Source: Paragordius varius | Taxonomy: Eukaryota > Animalia > Nematomorpha | NCBI GenBank assembly: GCA_964247055.1 | Contig: OZ176055.1 | Span: 10,044,001 to 10,108,000, forward strand | Direction of reading: 5' to 3' | Length of the DNA: 64,000 nucleotides | Program-made: the position numbers and the translations under genes | The notes under the pieces: generated by a model | What the model saw: the letters and a program-made list of their open reading frames with translations, nothing else | Database searches by the model: none | What the model was told of the DNA's origin: nothing | In this document: in pieces, positions 24,980 to 38,100 of the stretch | Layout of the letters: the number at the start of each line of letters is the position of its first letter | Numbering within the stretch: position 1 is the first letter of the stretch

Positions 24980-27900
24980 TTAATTCCCTTTAAAAATTGG
25001 TTTCCTTTTTTCGGTAAATGCTTTTAAGCCTTCCAATCTGTCGTTTGAATAAATTACCTAAATATTATAAAATTTATTATAGACAAATTGTTCAATGGCA
25101 TAATTGATTATTGGAATATTACGTACAGTTTCATAACAAGTTCTTTCGATTTCTAAACCATTTTCTATTGTTGTGTCCATCCCTTCATCTATGGCTTTTT
25201 TAGCACAACGAATACTCAAAGGACTCTACAAAAATAAAGCACAAAAAAGTTTTAAAAGTTATAATTTAGAAGAAGGTTGCTAATAATTTGTCCTAAATCA
25301 ATAGAAAAAAAATCGATTAACACTAGCTTAATTAATTATCTCATACAAAAACCTATTTTAAATTTTACATTAAGTTAAATAATATATTTGGATATAATTT
25401 TAGCTGAATTATTTACACAATTTTGCAAAATTTGAGTTGCTAATTCCAGGGATCTCTCGTAAGCTGGGAAAATGACATTCTCATTTTCGTTTGAATTCTC
25501 TATTATAATAAATGAGCTATAATTATAAAAAATGATTAAAAATTTGTAATCTAATCGGATATAGACATATTTAATATTTTTCACCGGTTCAAAGTAATAT
25601 TTAGACCTAAAAATAAGGTTCCATTTGTTTTACACATTCCAAAAAATGTCAAGAAAGTCCAATTATGGATAAACAAGCAAAACGTAAAAAAAGATAAATA
25701 TTTGTCTCAAAAGACAACCATACTTTTTAAATCTAAAATTTTCCTTATAATTATTTAGTCAAAATCGTTATATATTTAATTAATTATGTTAGCATATACA
25801 TCTCTGTTTCCTACTTTTCAAATTTAAACAATGAGTTAAAATTTAAAAAATCGAGGTTTAAAAAGTATGGATGTCCTTTAAAAAAACATATTTGTCTTTA
25901 ATTTTTTTCGTTTTGCCCGTATAAATTCTACTTTTACTTCATATACCAAAACAAAGGAATTCTATTAATAAAGATTCAGGTAAAAAATTGGAAAAAGTAA
26001 CTTTTAAAAAAACATTTTTTCCTTGAATCGTTAATCGGGTTATTAACCGCCTCTAAAATAAGCATAATAATTTTGGTCAAAAATAATTGGTGGTTCCAAA
26101 AAGGGTTTTTAAGTTTAGTGTTTGAATTAAAAACCTGTCTGTATGTGGTCAATTTTGATAGATTGATTGACTAAACCAAGTTGTTCGGCTAATTTTCCAT
26201 CGATAATAGAACCGGAGAAAATGAGTTCTTTAGCTTTAAGAGTGCCAATCAGTCTTGCTAATCTTTGGGTTCCACCTTCAATTTTTAAAAAGGAAAATAA
26301 TTCTTAAAAATTGCGTAGTTTTTCTTAAAGGAAAAGCTCTATAAACATAAAATATATTTAGATTTATGCGTTCCGTCTTACAACATTATAAAGCAGTGCT
26401 TTCAAACCTTTTTTTGTTCACGCACATTAAAAATAAAAAAAAATATTTTATATTATAATCCCAATCAATAAGATCCCTACATCTGCATTTTTCATTCATT
26501 TTTTCCATATCGCTTACAAATTATGATAATTCGCGCCTGAAATTCTTCGATTTGTTTAAAGTTTTTTATTTTAAATTGTCCAAATTATTCGCGTTGAAAA
26601 GCACTGTGCTAAAGCCTTCACTAAGCGCAAAAATTTAGTAAAATTTGAACAAAATGAACCCAAATGAAAAGGTTATTAGAATTTATATATAAAATAAATT
26701 ATTAAATTCACCGTTAACATATATTCAAAAATCTATACCAGCTCCGGGAATAATGCCTAATTTTGTTTCAACTAAACCAAGCTTAGAAGTGTCAGCTAAA
26801 GTGATATATATTGATACATATATATACAGTAAAAATTAAAAGTGCTAAAATTAAGATATTAGAGATAACCCCTATGATTTATGTTAAAATATGCGATAGA
26901 GTTTTTCTTTTTTTGAAAAAACTATAAACAAAGGATAAAAATGGTCATTATATTAAAATAAATATTTACCTATTTATTTAACGTTTGGTCTTTTCAATAA
27001 TTATATTCACATATCAAAAGTATAATCAAATACTGGTTATTCTCATATCAGCTGATAAGGCCAATTCTAAACCTCCACCAAAAGCTGAACCATCTAAAGC
27101 CGCAATCGTTAATTGAGGAAGTCGATAGAAACGTTGGAAAAGATTGCGCATTTTTTGAACATGATCTCCGACCCGTTCTATTGGCATACATATTCTTTCT
27201 TTAAGATCTGCCCCTAAAAAATGATAAAAACTGATAGCTGAATAACACTCATATAGAAATAACCACATAAAAAAATATCAAAAATAAATCCTTTACTTAA
27301 ATGTGTAAAATACTGTCATTTTATTAAGAAAAGCATTATCTTTGTTTTATGTGTATACCCTAACGTGTGATTAAATTGTAAAGTAAATTTTAGATATCTA
27401 ACAACTTTAGGTTCTTCCATATCAATAAAATCACGGATAGGGAAGGGATAATTTAGATGATAAAATTAATAAAAATTGTTTTTTGGAGCATTAAGTTTTG
27501 AATTTTTAATGATGGCTTTTGACAAACATTCTCATTCTGGTTTCTATTAAGACAAAAATATCGTTTTAGAAATATCTTTCTAACAATAAAAGTAAATGAA
27601 CTTCTTATTAAATGTGGAGATTGCAAATCTCACACAGTATCTGCTTATTTTCCACTCATAGTTAGGATAATTCCCTAATGAAAATGGAAACATTTTAAAA
27701 GAATTAGTATGAAACTTTCAACAGGTGTTTCCAACAAGGCCAACCAGCACCTTGGACTTAAAAAACGATTTCCTCTCTACAACTAATCCAAAAAATAATT
27801 CTCATAGTAATATTCGAATAAAACAAATTAAAATAAAAAATAAGGTTAATACTCGTCCACAGCTATCATTAAAATAGTCAAAACAAATTTTATTCATCAT

Positions 27901-28415
27901 TTAAATTATTTTTTGTTCGTGATTTACTGATCTGAATTAAATCTGGGAAAACTTAAAAAGAAGACTATGGACGAAACTCGTTACAGAGCTCGGATCTAGG
28001 TCGAAAAAGTGGAGCCAATATTTAATGGGTTCTTTTTTCTTAAAAATTAAATATTTTTAATTAATGGAAAAAAGACCTGAGCAAAAAACACCGGGAACAA
28101 GGCTACGTAAGATGATTGCATGACAATTAGTTTCTTTTGAAGCGGTTTTAACGTGATTCGACAGCTATATTATGTAAAATATATTTTCAAACTAAATAAA
28201 ATTACATATTAAAAGTTTAGTTTTATTTGAGATAAAATGGATTAAATTAGCATTACTAAATCGAGCATTTCTAAATTTAAGGCATTTTTTACAGTTGGTC
28301 TGTTTAACTCAATAACATAAATTCCTACAATAATTTTAGATATACCCAATTTTTTATCGATTATTTTGAAAGTGCAGATATTCTTCACACCTGCAATGTC
28401 AAATTTTTGAGACAT
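24980..28415 (-). CDS. AUH: Methylglutaconyl-CoA hydratase / AUH-like enoyl-CoA hydratase, 9 exons
   Basis: Exons 28415-28346, 28324-28257, 28164-28077, 27213-27034, 26795-26739, 26275-26135, 25499-25417, 25225-25127, 25057-24980; all GT..AG and in phase (864 nt). Motifs [86 protein letters not shown]. True N-terminus uncertain. Confidence 0.93.
26394..26606. mobile_element. Small hAT-like MITE in an AUH intron
   Basis: TIR CAGTGCTTTCAA / TTGAAAAGCACTG; flanks TTATAAAG and TGCTAAAG (6/8 match to an 8-bp TSD). Confidence 0.5.
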
Positions 28416-29409
28416 GCAGTAAAATAATTTTAAACGCAGTTAAATTAACCCATGCGAGACGATTTTTTTATAGTAAATCATATGCTAAACCTAAAAAACT
28501 ATATTAGTTTAGTTTTTAAAGCGAAAAGGAGTTTTTCGAACAATATAAAACTCTATTTGTTGTCATATTTTTATAAATATATTAAATATCCAGATGTATA
28601 AGGACTATGAGGTAGTATCGTCCGTTAAGTAACAGTAATTATGGCAAATACAAATAGATTTAATATAAGGCTGCTCTATTCTTTAAAACTCTTTATAAAA
28701 TATATTTAAAAGTGTTGTAAAATATTTTACGATTTTAATAACCTACAAAAAATAGGTAGCAAATGTATCATAATTATGATGATGCTTTCGGTTTTAAACC
28801 TTATGAATGATATATGAAAGTTATTTATACTTTTGTGGTGGAAAATGGCAAAATTTGAGCAAATCATTTGTAATAAAAGTTTTAATGAAAGCTGATTTCC
28901 AAATTCCAAAAAACACTAAATATATCATAAACTACCTATAAAGGCAAACCTATATTTTTACAATAATTTAATTTTTGGATGTTGGCTGCGTCACATTTTT
29001 TCCCTCTTCTAAAATGAGCTAGTGCTTCTAGAATGAACACAAAAATGCCGTTCCGCCATAAAATATTTAAATAAAATTTTTTTATGTAAAAAAAATTATT
29101 CAAAAAAACACATACTTTTAGGAAAATTGTATTTAGAAAAAAATATTTGCCTTTATATTTTTACGTTTTGTTCGTATTTAAGTTTTTACTATATATTGTC
29201 AATATTGTTTAAATTTTTAACATTCTTATGGTGCTATTCGGCTTTTTTTGGCTTCAAATAAATTATCCCAATTTAGAAGGGTCCTATTACATTTTCAGAA
29301 TCCAAGTTTATATGAAATGTATTTTAAAATTAAGACTTAATTATATTAAAAAAAATTGAATATACCACATATTTCTAAAACCGACCCCCTTATTAACACC
29401 ATTCCTTAA

Positions 29410-29978
29410 CACTTCGATTCATATTGGGGTATCTAAATGCCCCAGATTAAATTTGAGCTAAGCTTTTTATAAAACTACTGAAGGAAACGGTCCCAATTTA
29501 AATTTATGCGTCTATCCTAATAAAAATTATATAAATATGCCAAAATATCTAAATAAAATTTTGTTTTAAAAAAAAGTTTCATGTCAAACTACTTCGAGAC
29601 CATTTTTATTTTACAAAATTTTTGCAAAATATCGTTTTCATTTAATTTAAATGGTAAAATTAAAGCTAATTTTTTATTTAAATTACATCTAACTTTAATA
29701 TATATAGAAAAAGCTGTTTATTTAATTATTTTTCAATCTTATAATTGCACGCACGCGTTGAGTAAATTTTTACCTTTCGATTTTAGCTTAAAATAAAATA
29801 TCAAGTATTTTTGAATAAACTTTTTTATATATTTCGGTTTAATAACGTTATATAAGTGCAAGATTTTGCCATGGTTTTGATTCCTTACATTTTTAAAGAA
29901 TTTAATTTTAAACAGGCCGCGGGTATTTAACACCCCCAATTAATCGAAGGACTAAAATGAATGATTTTTACCCAAGTG
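29410..29978. mobile_element. piggyBac-type MITE (TTAA TSD), copy A
   Basis: TTAA|CACTTCGAT...CCCAAGTG|TTAA; the paralogous site at 43372-43375 has a single TTAA (empty site). Orientation opposite to copies B and C. Confidence 0.9.
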
Positions 29979-30399
29979 TTAATATCGACAACCATACTTT
30001 GAAAAGTATCTTTCTAATGATTATACATTTCATACTTAAACCTACTTTGTGCATTTATATCATAAATATTCATTAGTATTTACACGCTCAAATATTTTGG
30101 ACAAAAAATACCTCACCGTTAGTAATATCTCGTTTTGTGTAGTAAAATAATTTATAATTGTCATTTATGCAGGTGCTGTTATCTCTTTTTAAATAGTTGG
30201 TTTTTCACAAATCATTCTTAATAAAAAATCTGTGATAATCTATCTTATCAGAATTTTTTTCTTTATCACTAATTTTGTGGATGGTGAGCAGGAATGATTT
30301 AATAGTTTTATTTTCCAAAAATACTGAAAAATTTAACATCAGAATATAAGTTCGAATCAATACTTTTAATAAATAATATTTCTTACAATAAAGAAAAAT

Positions 30400-31420
30400 A
30401 TATTTGTTAATGGTATGGCAGAATATAAGTGTGCATATATTTTTATATAGCTTTTTAATTCCGTGAACACATCAAATTCGGCAACATCTTCATCGTTTGT
30501 AGTTAGATCTATTCTAATTTCCTGTCCTCATCAGAATTTCTATTATCATGACGGTTGTATTCCTCATCTAAATAAGATAAAAATAATAATAAAACTCACC
30601 AATAACTGTAACTTCACTGACCGCTTTTGTGGGCAACATCCGCTTTAAAAAAAATTAAGGTCGTTTTTAAAAACTTGGTTCTTATAACGGGCTTATCTCA
30701 CATCAATAATATTATTTGTTCTTATTATAAAAAATTATGTTAATAAACTAATATATTCTTATTTGAAATCGTAAATAAGAAATTAACACATTTTCTAATC
30801 AACTCGGTTTCATTTTTGAATTATGAGTAATCATAATTGAAAACGGTGTCGTGTATGGCTAAAACAAAATCGAAACTTTCTAATTTGCAAATAACTAGAT
30901 TACCCCTTCTATCTGCCTCTTTATTATCATATTTATGGCGATCCCTCGGATTTTTACTGGAATCAGAATTATTGTCCTGAGATTTATCGAATGAGTGGTC
31001 ATTTTTTTCTTTGCTTGAATCTTTCAAATCTCTATCACGTTATCTTTTAATAATATCATTCTTGCAATCCATATCTATATATTTTTGCCAAAATGGCGGT
31101 GGATTCTCTTCTCTGTCACTACTATTTCTGGTGGCACCATTTTTTCTTTATTATCTGATGAAAACATTTACGTATTTCATGGACCAATAAACAAGTTTCA
31201 GTCCTTTTTAGTGGTTTGAATTACATTGACGATTCCATGTTTTAATGTGCTTTACTTTAAGTGGGCTATGATATCTGTATTCTTCTTTTGTTTTTAATAC
31301 GATTATTTAACTGGCTAAGAACGGTAAGTAGGCGTTGAGCAAACCCTTCTTTGAATTAAATTGATAATAAGTAAGCATAGGTATGGTATTTAGGAAAAAT
31401 CTATAAATTTTTTATATAAA
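30400..31420 (-). pseudogene. Degenerate spliced gene remnant, highly charged (D/E/K/R/S-rich) product
   Basis: Exon-like frames KDSSKEKNDHSFDKSQDNNSDSSKNPRDRHKYD and DEEYNRHDNRNSDEDRK, the latter after a TTATTTAG acceptor and broken by TAG/TAA; paralog at 43770-44780. Family not identified; boundaries approximate. Confidence 0.45.
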
Positions 31421-32138
31421 TTAACGCATTTTCTTACATTGTTTTTTTTAAAAATTTATAAAAAAACCATGGTAAGGTGTCCATTATAAAATTAAATAAG
31501 AAAAGTGTTTCAATAATTGTAATATATTAATTTGAAGCCACAGTTTACCAAAATTAATCGGATTGTTTTCATAAAATCCGATTTTCTGAACTATATCGTA
31601 TATATAGCTAATATATCAATCGAAATTGTCATATATTTGCCTTAATTTTGAATATAAAATATATATATAAATTGCCCAAGAAAACTATATCGCATACCGC
31701 TCGACAGGGATTACAAGCATTAAAAGAAATAAATAAAATAAATAAAAGACAATTATATCAATTTAGGTTAAAAATGAACGATATAAATGCTTTAGCTCCC
31801 AGCAAGATTTGATCATATTATAATTATAAAGTAAACATATTAATATTATCATGACTCCTAAACGTATCAATCGATTCGAAGTTAATTTGTTTTTTAGGTA
31901 AAATTTTTATTTAATTGATACATAGATTATTATAAATAATTCACTTTTAAAAATTGTATTTCAAAAAAATGTGCTATCAATGGGCGTTAAAAAATGAAAA
32001 TTTTAACCAATTGTAAACGAAAAAAATGTTTTTTTAACCTAAAATTAAATAAAAATATTACACATAATGTTCATTGTGTGTTCAAGGCTATTTTACAATT
32101 CTTTGCGACAAAAAGCCAATTTCTTTAAATTAAAAAAA

Positions 32139-35100
32139 ATGTATAAAAATTTATATTTTCTGCCTTATTTTTTCGGTCTTTTCTTGCGACCTCAGTATGC
32201 ATTCGTGTTTGTTTCCAAAGCACCAACTTACTTTCAATATCAAAATGCTTCCGATTCAGAATTAACCGATAACTTTAACAAAATCGATGATATATCTGGT
32301 AATGTTGAGTTTTCCAACAATTTCAGTTTTGTGTATGCCGAAAAAATACCGGATAATTATTTAAGTTCACAAATGCAAACCGAATTCCAAAGGCCAATAA
32401 GTCTCAAAGATAATCGCGAAATGTTAAAGGGCCGAACATGGGAAGAATACGAATTAGTTCAAAGATATATGACATATCTTGATAATAATCAAACTACTGA
32501 ATATAATAAAAGTTCTACCAAAAAAGTTTTTACTCCCTCAACCAAAAGCAATGGCCTATTTGAAACGGATATTGTTTTGACACCTCAAACCGCCCAATAT
32601 TATTTCGGACGCAATTTTCCCCAAACAACGGAAGAGAATTTGAATTCAATATTACCCAAAAAAGTATCCAGAGTTTATAAAACATGGAAAGATACGATGC
32701 CAATCCGATATAAATTGGAAGACCTAGAAGGTAGAATACATTAAATAATTGTTTCATTTTGATTAATATGAAATGTAAATAATCTTGATTAACTTAGTCC
32801 TAACTTTGTATAAGTACCTAATATTTTATAAAGCCTGAACAGTATATCATTTTTAGACATAGGGATTTATTGAAATAAAGTTAAACAGCAAAGACATGGA
32901 GATGATTGAATTTTAATCTATAGTAGCATTACCATTAGGTGGATTTCAATTTTCTTCCCTATATTTAGTGTTTGATGGAATACAATATACCTTAGGTAAA
33001 AAGGACGTTTTAGATCTTACCTACTCCCCTTTTTTTAAAAACTCTATGATAATTCTTATGAATATTAAATCACCACATAAAATTATTTTTTTTAGATCCG
33101 TTGCTATATGACCAAATTATTGAAGCAATAAATCTTTGGCAAAATTTAACTTGCGTACGATTCCAAGCCATACCTGACAACTCAAATGAAACTGTCCAAG
33201 GAGATCATTTAGTATTTTTTTCTGGGGCTGGGTAATTCATAATACCTCTTTCTTTCAAAAACAAAAGTTTACATTTACTATTGTTAGCTGTTGGTCGTAC
33301 ATTGGTAAAACAGGAGGAGAACAAACCATTTCAATAACAACGAAATGTGCGAAAGTTAGTAATTATTATATTTATATCATTTTTAAGTCAAAAGCAACAT
33401 TTTTTCAACCAAAGACAACATTTTTAGTTCCGTAGGTATGGAAAATGTTGCGGTTGGTTGAAAGACGTTGCTTTTGAAATGGTATTAAAGCAATTTGAAA
33501 CAATCTTTTGCCGTAGATATATGGAATTTGTTTAATATTAAAATTAATATTTTTTGTCATACCTTTTATGTATCGCACCTTGGCGGTAAATACATTATTT
33601 TTATGCCTTTGTTTTTTAAATATATCAATTTGTTGGGCCAAATAAAGCATGAAACTCAATAGATATTATCAAGTAAAAGTATTTATTACAGTAAATATTG
33701 TAATTGTACAGACACATATAATAAAAAGAGAAAAGACATACTTTTTTAATCCTGAGTTATAGTATTAACTCAAACTGCATAGTATGAAATAGAGATGTAA
33801 ATTGGTAATACAATTAATTATACATTTTGTATTTAAATAGTTGATATAGGAAAATGAAAGTTTACAAAAGTATGATAGTTTTTTATTTTTACGTTTTGTC
33901 CCTTTTTATAGTTTCGATTATTTTTACTGTAAAACTAACGGCAGGTGGGTGAAATAGCTCATGAAATTGGTCACGCTTTAGGTCTTTGGCACGAACAAAG
34001 TCGACCAGATCGAGATTTTTATGTTGAAGTTCAATACCAAAATTTGGAGAATGATGCTTATCGTAATTTTGCCAAAGTTGCCAAAAATAATACCAAAATC
34101 CTAACTATCCCATACGATCTCAGTTCCATAATGCACTATGATCCGCATGTATTGATTTTATACACAATTTACACTTAAATATACCCTTGAAGAATATTTC
34201 ACCCTCGAACAATTCAAATTCACCCAAAAATAAAAAATGTGTTTATTATGATTAAAAATTACTTATATTTTTTAAAATCTTGATAAAATGTTGTTTAAAA
34301 TTAAAATAATACTGAAAAAATAATAAACTATGCGCCATAAAGATATATTTCATATTAACACTTGGATACAACAAACTCATTTTAGTCCTTCGATTCAAAT
34401 TGGGGTAGTTGGATACCCCAGGCCAGTTTGAAATCAAATACTTCAAAATGTATGGAAGGAATCGAAACCATGGCAAAATTTTGCATTTATATAACATTAA
34501 TAAACCGAAATATATAAAAAAAATTATTTAAAAATACTTGATATTACTTATTTTAAGTTAAAACCGAAAGGTAAAAATTTCGTCAAGGTGACATCTGTCA
34601 AATAATAAAATTAAAAAATAATACAAAATAACCGCTTTTTCTATTTCTATCAATGTTAGATGTAATTTATATTAAAAATTAGCTTTAGTTTTACCCTTAA
34701 AATTAAATGAAGACGATATTTTGCAAAAATTTTGTAAAATAAAAATGGCGTCGAAGTAGTTTGAGATGGAACTTTTTTTTCAAAACAAAATTTTATCAAG
34801 ATATTTTGGCATATTTATATAATTTTTATAAGGATAGAAGCATAAATTTAAATTGGGACCGTTTACTTCAGTAGTTTTTTAAAAAGCTTAACTCAAATTT
34901 AGTCTGGGGTATTTAGAGACCCCAATTTGAATCGAAGTGTTAATGATGAGTTATGTTATGCCCAAACACACATAATTTATTTTTAGGGTGAATATTGCTC
35001 AGGGGTAAATTTGAATTGTTTAAGGGTGAATTTAAATTGTTCAAGGGTGAGTTTGAGATGATTAAGGGTGAATTTGAATCGTTCAAGGGTGAATTGAATT

Positions 35101-38100
35101 GTAAATAGTATATTTATATTTTTATGTTTAAAAAATTAGTTGTGTCCTGACACGCTTATGTAAGTATTATTTAAAAGCTTGTTTTAGGATATAAAGGTAT
35201 CCGTTTATATATTCAAACAAGGTTTTGCATTTATATTGAAAAAAGTTATGTTATAATTGAAAAAATTAAAATATATTAATAAAACTTGTTTTAATACTGT
35301 TAATAATACAATGATCAGCATTTCATTTTATTAATTCTCGTGCTATTATCTACGGTAACTAATCGTGAATAATTAATTATTTTTACCAAAAAAATTTGCC
35401 TAAGACATATCCCTCTATTAAGGAATGAGAGGTAATTCATGTTGCCATGAATATTGTCGATCAACATTCGGGAAATTTTTTGCGATTTTCGCAATATTTG
35501 TCAACAAATTAAATTACATAAATGAGGTTAAACCACAAGGCAATACCCAATAAAACGCTTGACCGTGTCGCATTTAAAGGATATCCGTATATTTTAAGGC
35601 ATGACAAATAAATATATTATTATTATAAAATATTTTTGTTTGTTATATTAGGCATTGTCCAAAAATGAGGAACCGACTTTGAAAACGTTAAAACCACGAT
35701 TGCAACCTAGTATGGGCAACAGGGAATATCTAACATTCTCTGACGCTAAGGCTATTAATGAAGAATATTGTCCAGGTACTATTGCATATATCAGAGAGTG
35801 ATAATCATAATAGAAAATGCTTAAGAGAATAATCTTAATTTTAAATGAAAACATTAATATGCTATATACTGGGTTATTTTTTATTTTTGAAAAATTATTA
35901 TAAATTCTGTCAAATTTTTGAAATCTGACTGATCAAGGACGGGTTGGGTGACCCATATTATAGAAAAAAGATGTGTATTATTAGGTCCAAAATACTTGAT
36001 AACCTGATTTCAATTATACAGAGATATGTCAGATTTTTAGTTTTACATTTCATATATTAACGCTTTTCAAATTTGATGCCACATATAAAATTTAAATTAT
36101 ACGGACAAAACGTAAAATACAAAAATAATATTTATTCTAAAATACAACCATACTTTTTTAAAGCATGATTTGATAAATCAAACTCATTGTTTAAAACTCC
36201 AAAGTACAGAATAGAGGGCATTTTGGTAACACAATCAATTACATAATATACGATCGTTATTAAATGATTTCAATAGGAAAAATTAAGGTTTAAAAATAAA
36301 GCAGTTGTCTTTTGATAAAAAATATTTTTCTTTAAATTTTTGCGTTTTGTCCGTATAATTTTATTTTTACTGTAATTATGAATTTTAGAAACTTGCGATT
36401 ATGTTTATCGCGCAAGCAAATGTTATAGAAACGGATATCCGAACCCTAATAATTGTACCCAATGCCTTTGTCCGGATGGCTTTAACGGTGGCCCTTACTG
36501 TGATCATTTAACACCGCATTCTCATCAACAAAGTTTCTTTTAATTTAAACTAAAATTATAAAAATTAATCATTTACAGTGTTGCAGTGAATATTGATATT
36601 ATACAGAAATATTGTGAAAAATTTCAAGAGGCTGCCATATTTTCAAAACTTGAAATAGTATGTAAATTGGTAACATACCCAATTATATAAATACAAAGAT
36701 GTTTTTAAATAGTTTATGTGGAAACAAAAAACAAATGTTAAGAAGTATGGGGTTGTCTTTTAAAAAAGTAATAGTTGTCTTTATGTTTTTACGTTTTGCC
36801 TTAGAATTTATTTTTACTAAATATTCTTGGTTACAGGTTGTGGAAAAATTCAGATTTTTAGTAAGGAAACGCCAGAAAACCATATATACGTTAACCATAA
36901 AATAGAGCTAACTAATTTCACATCCACAAACGTTATCAGTGATAATAATGAAAATGTCACTTTGATAGAATACGTTCAAATAAATGGCACTCGATTATTT
37001 GAATTCCAATGCACCTACCTTATAAAAGTAACGCATAAATAAATGTATTTCCAAACATTAAACTGAAAGATTGGTAACTATATTATTGAATTATTTTTGG
37101 ACAATACTATAGCGATATGCCTAAAATAAGCTTGGTAACTAATCTTAAATAAAAACCAGCCCAAGTTTGGGATCTAACACGGGTCCTAATTTACTTATTA
37201 AAAATTTTGATTCGGTGATTACCTCTACAGAAAATTATTTGTAAAAATCTTTTAAATAACCAGTATTTTATAATCATTACCAACGTTAGATAACCTATTA
37301 CATAAATGATATGATTAATAAAATTTTGTATATAAATAATATAACGGAATCAAAAATAATTGGATGGTGACTTAAATTATTTTATATATTTTAATCATAC
37401 AGTATAAGTATACTATAATTCAATTCACATATTTTTATAGGCAGGTTTATGCGAGGATATCACATTAGAAGTGACAAAACTCAATGTTCCTGGCCGCGCA
37501 CCTGATAATGTTAGATGTTTGAATTGGGTCGAGATACGCACTTTGCAAGATTTGTCTCAAACTGGTGAAAGGTATATCAGCTATTACAGTAAAAATTGAA
37601 TTTATACGGAAAAAACCTAATATTATAAAAACAAATATATTCAAAAGACAACCACCATACTTTTTAACCTTAGTTTTTGCAATTAAAACTATTTTTAAAA
37701 ATATGTATTTAAATGTGTTACCATAAAACTATATCTCTCAAATAGTATTTTTTTTAAATAAATCAAGACTCAAATTTAATCATTGTGTTTTAGAATAAAA
37801 ATTTGCCTTTATAATTTTACGTTTTCCGTTAATTTTAATTTTACTACTGTACCTTTTGGTGTAGTTTAATATCCCACAGATTTGGTATTTGAATATCTTA
37901 AAAAATATTTAAGGTAAGGCCAAAATATTTGTTTTTAAGGCTTTTAGGCGCATTATATGTTTTAAGAAATGTAAAATTGTAAAAAAATATTCATCCAAAA
38001 AATATTTTCCGCCATTTTTTACTATAAATTTTTTTGAATCGCTAATGCAAAAGGCAAATAAATGCGTATCATGGTTAGAAAATGTAAATACTTAACTTAA

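Noticed and set aside
36587-36657. Extra astacin exon (MNIDIIQKYCEKF...)
   Set aside because: Inclusion shifts the frame and truncates the CUB domain; direct splicing 36532 to 36837 gives HQQSCGK in frame.
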